DNA of 32,028 nt from Gammaproteobacteria bacterium (GTDB taxonomy: Bacteria; Pseudomonadota; Gammaproteobacteria; JACCXJ01), in NCBI GenBank assembly GCA_050740575.1, contig JBOIDM010000038.1, positions 1 to 32,028 of the forward strand, written 5' to 3'. The translations under genes and the position numbers were made by a program. Of this stretch, positions 7,883 through 16,590 are shown one piece after another; positions within the stretch are counted from its first letter, which is position 1; each line of letters opens with the position of its first letter. The notes under the pieces were generated by a model. It ran no database searches. It worked only from the letters and a program-made list of their open reading frames with translations, and was not told the DNA's origin.

Positions 7883-9079
7883 ATGCCGGATTTCGTAATA
7901 GGCCGCCAGCAGATCTTCGATCGTGACTTACGGGTGTTCGGCTATGAACTCCTGGTTCGCGATGTCACCGTCGATCCCGCCGACACGATGGTGGGCGCCC
8001 TCGTCAGCAACCAGGTGGTCGTCGATGCATTGCTTGAGCAGGGACTCGATCGTTTGGTCGGGCCGCATCGAGCCTTTATCAACTTCGCGCGCCGCAACTT
8101 GATCGATGGCGTACCGTTGTTGTTACCGAAGGACCGCGTCGTCGTGGAGATCCTGGAAACCGTCCGTATCGACACGCCGGTGGTAATGGCCGTTCAGAAT
8201 CTGGCGCGCCAAGGCTACCACATCGCCCTGGACGATTTCGTCTTTTCGGAAATTTGGCGACCGCTCATCGAGGTCGCGGACATCATCAAGGTTGATATTC
8301 TGCAGCAATCCCCTCAGGAGATCGCGGATCTGGTCAAGCTGCTCCAGCCCTATAGCACCAAATTACTTGCCGAAAAGGTGGAGTCGGATGAGCAGTACAC
8401 CTTATACCGTGATCTCGGCTGCGAATACTTTCAAGGGTTTCACTTTGATCGGCCCAAGATCATGCGCGGCCGCCGCCTGGAAACCCATCATCGGGCCATC
8501 GTCCAGGTGCTCGCCGCGCTCGAAGCGCCGACCCTCGATATCGACGCGCTTTCCCAGGCCGTGTCCTTGGACGTAGCCCTGAGCTATAAGCTGTTACGCT
8601 ATGCGAACTCGGCGTCGCATGACACACGCCGCGAAATCGACTCGATCCGGCAGGCGATCTCCCGCCTCGGCGCTCCGGGCCTCCGCCGTTGGGCCGATCT
8701 CCTTTCCTTGACCACGGCGCCGTATTCACCCGACGAATTAACCTTCATCGCGTTAATTCGCGCCAAGATGTGCGAGCTTCTGGCGCTGCAATGCGGCAAA
8801 CCCCCGGAACGGTATTTCCTGGTGGGCTTACTCTCACTGCTGGATGAGATGCTGGATGCCCCTCTTGCGCAGATCGCTAACGATTTACCGCTCTCCTTGG
8901 AAATTACGAATGCTCTCGTCTACAGGACAGGCGATGCCGGGCAGGCCTTAGATTGCGCCGTTAATTACGAGAGCTGGAACCTGGATCAAGTAGCCTACCA
9001 GAATCTCAAGGTCTACCAAATCGGGCAGATGTATATCGAGAGCGTTGCTTGGGCGAATGCGCTAAACCGAGCTGCGTAA
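7883..9079 (+). CDS. EAL plus HDOD domain signalling protein (COG3434 / YuxH-like)
   Basis: EAL-type motifs appear in order: VVEILE, ALDDFV, IKVD, LAEKVE and FQGFHFDRP. A C-terminal HDOD-like region follows (LSYKLLRYANSA...GL LSLLD). Confidence 0.8.
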   Translation: MPDFVIGRQQIFDRDLRVFGYELLVRDVTVDPADTMVGALVSNQVVVDALLEQGLDRLVGPHRAFINFARRNLIDGVPLLLPKDRVVVEILETVRIDTPVVMAVQNLARQGYHIALDDFVFSEIWRPLIEVADIIKVDILQQSPQEIADLVKLLQPYSTKLLAEKVESDEQYTLYRDLGCEYFQGFHFDRPKIMRGRRLETHHRAIVQVLAALEAPTLDIDALSQAVSLDVALSYKLLRYANSASHDTRREIDSIRQAISRLGAPGLRRWADLLSLTTAPYSPDELTFIALIRAKMCELLALQCGKPPERYFLVGLLSLLDEMLDAPLAQIANDLPLSLEITNALVYRTGDAGQALDCAVNYESWNLDQVAYQNLKVYQIGQMYIESVAWANALNRAA

Positions 9080-9249
9080 ACGCGATCGCGCGTGAGGTTT
9101 CAGTTTGGACTCTATGCTCGCGTCCATCCCGAAACGCGGTGCTATACTTAGACAGGCATGTCATTGATTGCAAAAGTCCAGGGTAGCGACGGCGCACCAG
9201 GCTCCACGAACGAATGTCCTTAACGGCAATAGATTCACGGGGGATCACT

Positions 9250-9678
9250 ATGAGCATCTTCGACAAAATGAAGGAAATGACAGAAAAAGCCAAAGATCTG
9301 CTTAGTGACGCGACCAAACGCGCCGGTGAGATGAGCGAAAAGGCAACGGAGGCAACCAAGGAGGGATTCGAAAAGGCGCAGGGGATCACGGGCGAAGCGG
9401 TGAAAAACGTCACTGAGTGGAGCGAAAAAGCGACCGCGACCGCCAAGGAAAACCTACAGAAAGCCCAAGACCTTGCAGGCGATTCCGTCAAGCATGTCAG
9501 CGAATGGACGGACAAGGCGGCCGCGTCGGCCAAGGAAAACCTGCATAAGGCCCAGGAGCTTGGCGGCGAGACGGTCAAGCATGTCGCCGAGTGGGGCGAA
9601 AAGGCGGTGGCCGCCGCCAAACATGGCATGGAGAAGGATCAACCCAGCGCCGGTGACTCGGTTAAACGCGAGGGTTAG
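9250..9678 (+). CDS. Small hydrophilic tandem-repeat protein (4.3 x 29 aa; LEA/apolipoprotein-like helical repeats)
   Basis: ORF 9214..9678 was trimmed to the ATG at 9250 (MSIFDKMKEM...), which has a GGGGGA box upstream. The protein has no hydrophobic segment, and the repeat consensus is G-[DE]-x-VK-[HN]-V-x-EW-x-[ED]-KA-x-A-x-AKENL-x-KAQ-[DE]-L. Confidence 0.6.
   Translation: MSIFDKMKEMTEKAKDLLSDATKRAGEMSEKATEATKEGFEKAQGITGEAVKNVTEWSEKATATAKENLQKAQDLAGDSVKHVSEWTDKAAASAKENLHKAQELGGETVKHVAEWGEKAVAAAKHGMEKDQPSAGDSVKREG
9304..9678 (+). repeat. In-frame tandem 87-bp (29-codon) repeats inside the 9250..9678 CDS
   Basis: Repeat units start at 9304, 9391, 9478, 9565 and 9652 (the last is partial), exactly 87 nt apart. 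The units have diverged at the DNA level but share blocks such as gccaaggaaaacct. Confidence 0.85.
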
Positions 9679-9736
9679 GGGGTTTTGTGCCTTTCCAGAC
9701 GGGCGCGTCCTGCGCTAAGTGCGCGGGTAAAACCTG

Positions 9737-10684
9737 TCAGTCATCGATGACGACACCCCAAGGCGCCTCGCCCACGGCGATCGTCTGTATCACCTTGTCG
9801 GCGGCGGTGTCGATCACCGAGACGCTGTTGCTGACGCCATTGGTGCAATAAAGCCGGCGTCCGTCACGCGTCAGGGCCAGGCCCCACACCCGTTGGCCCA
9901 CGGGGATGCGGGTTTTGACCTGCAAGGTCTCAGCATCAAGGACGATGACCTGGTCGGCACGGCCCCCGGCGACATAGAGCGTCCTCTCGTCCCTGCTGAG
10001 CAGCACGTCCTTGGGCTTGATCTTGTCATCTCCGAGCGGCACTTTGTTCAGGACTTTGTGGGCTACCATGTCCACGCGCTTGACCTCGCCACCGATTTCG
10101 GAGGTCGCGTAGGCGATTTTCCCGTCACGTGCGAAAACCGCGGCGCGCGGGCGCGCGCCCACCAGAATGTTCGCGACCACTTTGTGCTCCGGCACGGCGA
10201 TGATGTGCAGCATATTGGTCGATTCGCTGGTTACGATCACTTGCTTGCCATCGAGGGAAATCGCGACGCCTTCGGGTTCGAGTCCCACCGGGATCTCGGC
10301 GATGACCTTGTCAGTCTTGGCATCGATTACCGAGGCCTTGGCCGCATCTTCGTTGGAAATGTAGATATAACCGTTCGGATGCACGCCGAAAGCTTCCGGA
10401 TCATCGCCCGAGGGGATCTTGCGCAGCACTTTGAGGGTTTTCGGATCGATAACCGCGATCGCGTTTTCCCGCCCGAGCGCCACATACACCGCGCTTCCGT
10501 CCGGGGCGAGCCCGATCCCGCGAGGTTGCTTACCGACCGCAATCGTGGCTTCGACCTTGAGCGTGCGGCCTGCGATGACCGAGACTGTGTTAGCGCGTTC
10601 GTTGGTGACGAATACCCGCTCGGTCGGTGCAGCCGCGGCCGATGAAACGCAGGTGATCAACACGAGTATGAAAAACGCTTTCAT
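9737..10684 (-). CDS. Secreted YVTN-family seven-bladed beta-propeller repeat protein
   Basis: Signal peptide MKAFFILVLITCVSSAAAAP. Roughly 40-aa units of the type V-x-V-G-x-x-P-x-G-[IV]-x-x-x-x-DG-x-x-[LV]-Y-V recur, for example VGKQPRGIGLAPDGSAVYVA, VGLEPEGVAISLDGKQV, VGARPRAAVFARDGKIAY and VGQRVWGLALTRDGRRLY. Confidence 0.8.
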   Translation of the reverse strand: MKAFFILVLITCVSSAAAAPTERVFVTNERANTVSVIAGRTLKVEATIAVGKQPRGIGLAPDGSAVYVALGRENAIAVIDPKTLKVLRKIPSGDDPEAFGVHPNGYIYISNEDAAKASVIDAKTDKVIAEIPVGLEPEGVAISLDGKQVIVTSESTNMLHIIAVPEHKVVANILVGARPRAAVFARDGKIAYATSEIGGEVKRVDMVAHKVLNKVPLGDDKIKPKDVLLSRDERTLYVAGGRADQVIVLDAETLQVKTRIPVGQRVWGLALTRDGRRLYCTNGVSNSVSVIDTAADKVIQTIAVGEAPWGVVIDD

Positions 10685-10705
10685 GAACGAGTTCTCCTAT
10701 GACGA

Positions 10706-11518
10706 TTAACTGTCCGGTTGCCGGCAGGCGCTGCTTCCGAGGCTGTCGAGATCTTCGATGTCCACCACACCTTTGACCGGCGCCTCACCCACAACCTTGC
10801 CGCCTTCGACCAGGAACAGCGGTTGGCGCAACTGGCCGTTCGACCGGAAGCTCATATCGATTCCCTTTTGTCCATCGAAGGCAAGCTGCGTCCTGATATA
10901 GGCAAGTAAACGTTCCGGTTCCGCGACGCCGAGCCGCGCCACGCTATCGGAGAGCAGCTTGACCGCGGCCCAACCAGCCCAGGCAGCGTCGTCCATGGCC
11001 CGTCCGCGGGCCTTCAAGAAACGCTTGCTGAGCTGCTCGGCGGAGTATTTCTTGAAATCCGGATGCCACGCCTGTACCCGCGCCTCGGAGTCCGGGTGCA
11101 GTTTACGCCATTGGGCTAGCGCATCGCGTTTCATCTCGCGGCTAGGAAGAACGTGCAGTAGATTCGCCATGCAGTTAAAGCGCAGCGCGTCGGTCTCCGA
11201 GCTTAGATTGAATACGGGTATGCCGGGATGCTGCCCGGCCAGCGTGACGAGCGCTCTATCCTCGAGCACCGCCAGAATAGCGGCGGGCCGAGCCCGTGCG
11301 TCGCGCTCAAAATCCAACGCGTAACGCTGACCTAAGAACCGGCCCTGAAGGTTAGCCTCGTCCAAGCCTTGGGTGACGCCGAGAAAGGCCGCATGGCCGG
11401 GCACACCGGCATAGTGCAAGTGTACCTCGATTGGCGCGGCCACAGCCGCTCGCATCAGCGCGGTTAGAAGGAGCATCGCCAGTGGGGTTCGTGGGATTAG
11501 GGACATGGCGCGTTGCAT
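10706..11518 (-). CDS. Periplasmic binding-protein-like (type I, LivK-like fold) secreted protein, short form
   Basis: Signal peptide ...LAMLLLTALMRAAVAAP. The central ...WAGWAAVKLL... and FDGQKG...F...GQLRQPLFLVE resemble the C-lobe of branched-chain/amide-type solute-binding proteins. At 270 aa it is shorter than typical members. The start could be Met1 (11518) or Met5 (11506). Confidence 0.45.
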   Translation of the reverse strand: MQRAMSLIPRTPLAMLLLTALMRAAVAAPIEVHLHYAGVPGHAAFLGVTQGLDEANLQGRFLGQRYALDFERDARARPAAILAVLEDRALVTLAGQHPGIPVFNLSSETDALRFNCMANLLHVLPSREMKRDALAQWRKLHPDSEARVQAWHPDFKKYSAEQLSKRFLKARGRAMDDAAWAGWAAVKLLSDSVARLGVAEPERLLAYIRTQLAFDGQKGIDMSFRSNGQLRQPLFLVEGGKVVGEAPVKGVVDIEDLDSLGSSACRQPDS

Positions 11519-11534
11519 TAGTTTACCAGCTCCC

Positions 11535-12254
11535 TTACAACCGTGTCAGGTACGCACTCCCTCCGAGGCGCGTCATCTGCCTTAAGATCCATGCCTGGCG
11601 CGCCTGGACATGCGGCGCGGGGCGGGGGACGGCGTGGTAGCGTTCGGGATTCGGCAACACTGCCGCAAGGAGCGCGGCCTCGCGCGCGGATAGCGTCGCG
11701 GGTGGTTTGCGAAAATACATCTCGCTCGCGGCCCGGATCCCGAAAACACCGTACCCGAACTGCACTACGTTGAGATATAGTTCCAGGATCCGGCGCTTGG
11801 GTAAGAGTGCTTCGATCAGTATTGTCAGATAGGCCTCGAGGCCTTTACGAAGATAACTTTTCCCGGGCCAGAGGAACAGATTCTTCGCGAGTTGCTGGGA
11901 GATGGTGCTCGCCCCGCGCAAGCGGCCGCCGAGCCAGTTGCCGCGCCAGGCGCGGGCGATGGCATCGAGATCGAAACCGAAATGCAGAGGAAACTTCTGA
12001 TCCTCGGCGGCCACCACGGCCAGCTTCGCATGCGGCGAAATCGTGTCCCAATCGGCCCAGCGGTAGCGAAACGCATGATCCTTGCGTCCCTCGACCAGAG
12101 CCAGTGTGAGATCGCGCAGCATGAAGCTCGTCATCCACGGATCGAACCAGCGTAGGCACAGCACGAGCAGCGCGGGGATCAGGCACACGGCGAGGAGCGC
12201 GCGCCGCAGGACAAGCATCGGCGTTCGCCACCTAGCATATCTTCGCCGCGCCAT
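11535..12254 (-). CDS. mtgA: Monofunctional biosynthetic peptidoglycan transglycosylase
   Basis: GT51 motifs [29 protein letters not shown] and [16 protein letters not shown] 11535..12347 was trimmed to Met32 (ATG 12252-12254), which places the EDQKF..GFD motif at the same distance from the start (95 aa) as I recall for E. coli MtgA. The start remains uncertain. Confidence 0.85.
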   Translation of the reverse strand: MARRRYARWRTPMLVLRRALLAVCLIPALLVLCLRWFDPWMTSFMLRDLTLALVEGRKDHAFRYRWADWDTISPHAKLAVVAAEDQKFPLHFGFDLDAIARAWRGNWLGGRLRGASTISQQLAKNLFLWPGKSYLRKGLEAYLTILIEALLPKRRILELYLNVVQFGYGVFGIRAASEMYFRKPPATLSAREAALLAAVLPNPERYHAVPRPAPHVQARQAWILRQMTRLGGSAYLTRL

Positions 12255-12356
12255 TTCGCGTTTGCGGCTACTATCCGGGTCGGGATGGATCGCCCAAGAA
12301 ATATCTGCGGGACCGGTTTTCGGAAAACGTAGTCGGAGCGCGCGCATTTCGCATCA

Positions 12357-13145
12357 TCAAGCCTTTATCCCGGTCCCTTGATTGAAGAAACGCAAGCTCA
12401 GCATCCAGAACGCCGTTATGAAAAGGAAAATCACCCCGTAGGCGATGGTTATGGGGATGTCGGACACGCCCAGCACCCCGTAGCGGAAGGCGTTTACCAT
12501 GTAGAGTATCGGGTTTCCGAAGGAGACTATCTGCCACGTTTCGGGCAGGAGTTTGATCGAATAGAAGACCCCGCCGAGATAGGTCAGCGGCGTGAGCACG
12601 AAGGTAGGTATGATCGAGGTGTCGTCGAAGTTGCGGGCGAACATCCCGTTGATAAGCCCGCCGAGCGAAAACAGCGTGGCCGTGAGCAGGATCGTGGAAG
12701 CCATCACCGCCACGGAATGAACTTGGAGATCGGTAAAGAAAAGCGCGACGGTCGTGACCACGATGCCGACACATAATCCGCGCGCGACGCCACCGGTGAT
12801 GAACCCGGCCATGATGATCCAATTGGGAATCGGCGCAACCAGCATCTCCTCGATATGCTTTTGAAACTTGGAGCCGAAAAACGACGATACGACGTTGGCG
12901 TAGGAATTCGTAATGACCGACATCATGATGATTCCGGGCGCGATGTATTGCACGTAGCGAAAACCTTCCATCGTGCCGATACGCGGACCGATAAGGTTCC
13001 CAAATATGATAAAATACAGGCTCATGGTGATGGCCGCGGGCAGTATCGTTTGCACCCAAATGCGCAGAAACCGCGCCACCTCTTTGATGACGATGGTCTG
13101 ATAGGCGATGGCATACCGCCGCGCCGCGCCGCTAAGCATGGGCAT
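12357..13145 (-). CDS. ABC-2 type transporter permease (YadH-like)
   Basis: ORF 12357..13325 was trimmed to MPMLSGAARRYAIAYQTIVIKEVARFLR.... The ATG is at 13143-13145 or 13137-13139, straddling the ATPase stop at 13132-13134. There are six hydrophobic segments and the ABC-2 pattern. Confidence 0.8.
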   Translation of the reverse strand: MPMLSGAARRYAIAYQTIVIKEVARFLRIWVQTILPAAITMSLYFIIFGNLIGPRIGTMEGFRYVQYIAPGIIMMSVITNSYANVVSSFFGSKFQKHIEEMLVAPIPNWIIMAGFITGGVARGLCVGIVVTTVALFFTDLQVHSVAVMASTILLTATLFSLGGLINGMFARNFDDTSIIPTFVLTPLTYLGGVFYSIKLLPETWQIVSFGNPILYMVNAFRYGVLGVSDIPITIAYGVIFLFITAFWMLSLRFFNQGTGIKA

Positions 13146-14061
13146 TATTCGCGGACTTGTCGAGCAGGCGTATGAAGAGCTCTTCGAGCCGGTTGGCCTT
13201 GTTGCGCAAGCTGACCACCTCGATCCCCTGTTCGGAGAGTCCGTGAAACAGGTCATTGATCCCCACGGCCTTGCTGACATCGACCTCGAGCGTGGTCTCA
13301 TCGACCAAACGCACATGGTAGCCATCGACGGGGGGAGGCGTTGTGAGATGCTGGCGAATGTCCAAGACGAAGGTCTCCAGGTTAAGCTGCGCCAGCAGGC
13401 GCTTCATCGACGTATTTTCTATGATCATCCCCTGATCGATGATGGCGATTTTGCGGCACAGGCGCTCGGCCTCTTCCAGATAGTGCGTGGTCAAAATAAT
13501 CGTCGTGCCGTTGCGATTGGTTGCGCGCAGAAATTCCCACATCGAACGCCGTAGCTCTATGTCCACGCCCGCCGTCGGCTCGTCGAGGATGAGCAGCTTC
13601 GGCTCGTGAACCAGCGCCCGGGCGATCATCAACCGCCGCTTCATGCCCCCCGACAGTGTGCGAGAGCGATCGTTGCGTTTCTCCCAGAGCCCGAGCGCCT
13701 TCAAGTATTTTTCGGCGCGCTGTTTAGCGAGGGCTCGTTCCAGGCCATAGTAGCCGGCTTGGTTAACGACGATATCCATGACCGGTTCGAATTGAGAGAA
13801 ATTGATCTCTTGGGGGACGAGTCCGATGTGCGTCTTGGCCGCCTCGAACTCATGCTCGATATCGTGCCCGTAGACGCAGACCGAGCCGCCGGACTTGGTG
13901 ACCAGCCCGGTGATGATGCCGATGGTCGTCGATTTGCCCGCGCCGTTCGGACCCAGCAAGGCGAAAAAGTCACCGCTTTCTACCTCGAGATCGATCCCTT
14001 TCAAGGCGCAAAAACCGTTTTTGTAGGTCTTGCGGAGGTTTTTGATCGACAGGGCTGGCAT
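13132..14061 (-). CDS. ABC transporter ATP-binding protein (YadG-like)
   Basis: Walker A GPNGAGKSTTIG, signature LSGGMKRRLMIARAL, Walker B LLILDEPTAGVD and H-loop ILTTHYLEE. The N-terminus (MPALSIKNLRKTYKNGFCALKGIDLEVESGDFFALLGPNGAGKSTTIGII) closely parallels the E. coli YadG N-terminus as I recall it. Confidence 0.9.
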   Translation of the reverse strand: MPALSIKNLRKTYKNGFCALKGIDLEVESGDFFALLGPNGAGKSTTIGIITGLVTKSGGSVCVYGHDIEHEFEAAKTHIGLVPQEINFSQFEPVMDIVVNQAGYYGLERALAKQRAEKYLKALGLWEKRNDRSRTLSGGMKRRLMIARALVHEPKLLILDEPTAGVDIELRRSMWEFLRATNRNGTTIILTTHYLEEAERLCRKIAIIDQGMIIENTSMKRLLAQLNLETFVLDIRQHLTTPPPVDGYHVRLVDETTLEVDVSKAVGINDLFHGLSEQGIEVVSLRNKANRLEELFIRLLDKSANNAHA

Positions 14062-14104
14062 GGCGCTGCGGCGGACCGGAATGCTCCTGTGGTGAGGCGG
14101 CCGG

Positions 14105-15259
14105 TCAGTGACCGAAGAGCCGCGCCAACAAGGATCGCAGCCAACCGCGTTTCGGCGCGGGAGGGCTAAGAGGTGACGGCAGTAGCGCTTGCACGGTTTG
14201 AACGGCGGCGCGTTCCGCTTCGCGCTGGATGGCCTCGATCGACAGTTCGAAATTGCGCTCGGCGCCCTTCATCACGCGGATTAACACCAGCTTGTTTTTC
14301 TCCTTGCAGGCATCGAACACGGTCTTCATCTCCTTGCGGATGAGACGGCTGATCGCGGACTTGCCGAGCCGGCCGCCGCTTTTCTTATAGCTTTCATAGA
14401 TTTGCTCCCTGCCGTAGTAGCAATAAAACGCAACCACCTCGATCATCAGGTTTCTGGCCGCGAGCAACAGCAGCCCGTCGATCTTGCTCGTAAGGTAAGG
14501 GTTGCCCACGCCCTTGAAGATGTTATTGATGCACTCGATGAGATCGGTCGCCGGGACAAACATGATCTCGCTTTCGACCAGAAAGATGCCGTTGATCCCC
14601 TGGTCTACGGTGCGGATCTTCTCACAGATCGCGTTCAGCATCCGCACCGCGCGTTCTACCTCTCGCATTAGATGATGGCCTAGAATGGCGGATACTTTGC
14701 GTGCTCGCTCGCGAGAGCGGATCATGATCTCGTGAAGCTCACCGAGCTCCGCGTGGTCAAAATCTTTCGCGGCGTGTTCGTGCAAATACTCGTGGGCGTG
14801 CGCGAGTGCGTCGCTCAGGCGCGCGAAGTAGCTCTCCAGGGTCCGAACCGTGGCGGGCGTCAGGGTCGCATTCGCGCCGTTCTGGTCGTATTGCTCGTAG
14901 AATCTGTAGCCCGGCGAGTAGGAGTCGATGAGATCGCTCAGCGTCGCATAACCGCCGACGGCCTCGGCGTATAGGAAGCGTTTTCGCAGGTCTTGGTGTT
15001 CCGGGATGAAACGCTCCGACTGCGGCGCATCGGAGCTCGCCGGGCTTTGAGCACCTGCTTGGTGTTGATCCAAAAGCCGCAAGGTTTTCTCGAACAGGTC
15101 TTGGGTCGCATCCATGATCGGCCGGACCCGGATCTCCTCGCCGTAATTGATGCCGGCAATCGCGCGCAGGCTGAGGGTCTTGAAAGCAGCGCTCTCGGCG
15201 AGGGGGGCGGAGCGCTCGTTATCGTCAAGCGGGCTTTCGGGCATTGGGTTCTCCGTCAT
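14105..15259 (-). CDS. Hypothetical cytoplasmic alpha-helical protein, no family recognised
   Basis: 384-aa ORF with no competing ORF of comparable quality. An alternative start at Met6 (ATG 15242-15244) has GGAG 7 nt upstream. Residues 154-169 form a His-rich patch (HAHEYLHEHAAKDFDH) that contains an HExxH string. The C-terminal KRGWLRSLLARLFGH looks amphipathic. The region appears lower in GC than its neighbours. Confidence 0.55.
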   Translation of the reverse strand: MTENPMPESPLDDNERSAPLAESAAFKTLSLRAIAGINYGEEIRVRPIMDATQDLFEKTLRLLDQHQAGAQSPASSDAPQSERFIPEHQDLRKRFLYAEAVGGYATLSDLIDSYSPGYRFYEQYDQNGANATLTPATVRTLESYFARLSDALAHAHEYLHEHAAKDFDHAELGELHEIMIRSRERARKVSAILGHHLMREVERAVRMLNAICEKIRTVDQGINGIFLVESEIMFVPATDLIECINNIFKGVGNPYLTSKIDGLLLLAARNLMIEVVAFYCYYGREQIYESYKKSGGRLGKSAISRLIRKEMKTVFDACKEKNKLVLIRVMKGAERNFELSIEAIQREAERAAVQTVQALLPSPLSPPAPKRGWLRSLLARLFGH

Positions 15260-15338
15260 TCACGCGGCCGATGGGTCCTAAGCGTGCCGCTTTACGGCCC
15301 CCGGTCCCCATGCTGTGTTATCTTTTAGTCCGCCAGCG

Positions 15339-15356
15339 CGCGTAATACGCGTAATA
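15339..15356. repeat. Tandem direct repeat CGCGTAATA x2 upstream of nspC
   Basis: Read directly: cgcgtaata at 15339-15347 and again at 15348-15356. The junction contains the palindrome TACGCGTA, and the second copy runs into a -10-like TAATAT (15352-15357), 30 nt before the ATG at 15388. Any promoter or operator role is inferred. Confidence 0.7.
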
Positions 15357-15387
15357 TGAGCGTCTTACAATATAGATCGCAGGGTAC

Positions 15388-16590
15388 ATGAGCGTGTCTA
15401 TTCTTACCCCCGCCTTTGTCTACGACGAAGCGGCGCTGCGCCGCGCATTGTCTTGGTTCGCGCCGCTGCGCGCGGACAGGGGTTTCAAGCTATTATTCTC
15501 CATCAAAGCCTTACCGTTCGTCGATATCCTCGAGTGCCTGCGGCCGCTGCTCGACGGGTTCTCCGTGAGCTCTTTGTTCGAGGCCAGATTAGCGCGCGAG
15601 GTGCTCGCCGATAAGGGCGTGATACACATTACGACTCCCGGATTGAGAGCGGACGAGTTGCCCGAAATCACCCGGCGCTGCGATCATGTAAGCTTTAATT
15701 CCCTCCCGCAATGGCGGCGCTGCCGTGAGCGCGCGCGGCTCGCGGGCGGACGCTGCGGATTGCGCATCAATCCCGGTGTCTCGCATCTCGGCGATCCGCG
15801 CTATGACCCCTGCCGGCCGCATTCCAAACTCGGCGCCGCGCTCGATGAGGTCAGGAGCGCTTGGGACGCGGGCGGCGCCGATCTCGCCGGACTCGGCGGC
15901 GTCCATTTCCACACCATGCACGCGGCCCGTGATCTCAGTCCACTGACCGCAACACTCGCACGTGTCGAAGAAGTGCTGGGCGCATGGCTTTCGAGCCTCG
16001 AGTGGATCAATCTCGGCGGCGGGTATTATATCGACCGGCCGGAAGCGGTCGAGGAATTTGCACGCATCGTGGCCCGTTTACAGCGGCGCTATGGCTTGGA
16101 GGTGTTGTTTGAACCCGGTAAGGCCGTGGTCGGGGAAGCAGCCTCTCTCATCGCCAGCGTAGTCGATGTGTTCCCGAGCGAGGGCCGACTTGTGGCTGTC
16201 TTGGACACCACGGTCGCGCATCTGCCGGAAGTGTTCGAATACCAGCAGAGCCCGGCCTTGCGGGAAGCGGTAGGCGACGGGCGCCATCGGTACCTCATCG
16301 CCGGCGCGAGCTGCCTCGCGGGCGATCTCTTCGGGGACTACGCATTCGCTGCGCCGCTCGGGGTGGGAGATCGGGTCACGTTCGACGGCATCGGCGCCTA
16401 CAGCCTAGTCAAGGCTTCGCGCTTCAATGGGATCAACCTCCCCGCCATCTACGCCAAGGAAAACACGGGCAGGATCGTGCTCAAGAAGCGCTACGATTAC
16501 CTCGACTATCGGGACCAGTGGGTGAACGGCGCCGATCCTCGCGAGCGCGAAGGGGCCAAGCCATGGTATAGCGAGGCGCGCGTGCGATGA
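15388..16590 (+). CDS. nspC: Carboxynorspermidine/carboxyspermidine decarboxylase (PLP-dependent, Orn/DAP/Arg decarboxylase fold)
   Basis: The N-terminus TPAFVYDEAALRRAL...FKLLFSIKALPFVDILECLRPLLDGFSVSSLFEARLAREVL parallels the NspC pattern (...ALLALKCF...DGTTSSSLYEVRLG...). Also present are FNSL, HFHT, INLGGGY and EPG, at 400 aa. I did not see a partner carboxynorspermidine synthase gene in the window. Confidence 0.7.
   Translation: MSVSILTPAFVYDEAALRRALSWFAPLRADRGFKLLFSIKALPFVDILECLRPLLDGFSVSSLFEARLAREVLADKGVIHITTPGLRADELPEITRRCDHVSFNSLPQWRRCRERARLAGGRCGLRINPGVSHLGDPRYDPCRPHSKLGAALDEVRSAWDAGGADLAGLGGVHFHTMHAARDLSPLTATLARVEEVLGAWLSSLEWINLGGGYYIDRPEAVEEFARIVARLQRRYGLEVLFEPGKAVVGEAASLIASVVDVFPSEGRLVAVLDTTVAHLPEVFEYQQSPALREAVGDGRHRYLIAGASCLAGDLFGDYAFAAPLGVGDRVTFDGIGAYSLVKASRFNGINLPAIYAKENTGRIVLKKRYDYLDYRDQWVNGADPREREGAKPWYSEARVR

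Noticed and set aside
9006-9629. A 207-aa minus-strand ORF, itself repetitive, overlapping the repeat-protein gene.
   Set aside because: Its repetitiveness is just the mirror of the plus-strand 87-bp repeats. The Cys/Ser/Phe/Leu-rich product has no start context. The plus-strand frame has a Shine-Dalgarno-like box and a coherent amphipathic repeat.
9304-9678. Regularly spaced 87-bp repeats considered as a possible CRISPR-like or other non-coding array.
   Set aside because: The units are contiguous with no spacers and are exactly in frame (29 codons). They have diverged mainly at synonymous or conservative positions and lie within a clean ORF, so this is a coding tandem repeat.
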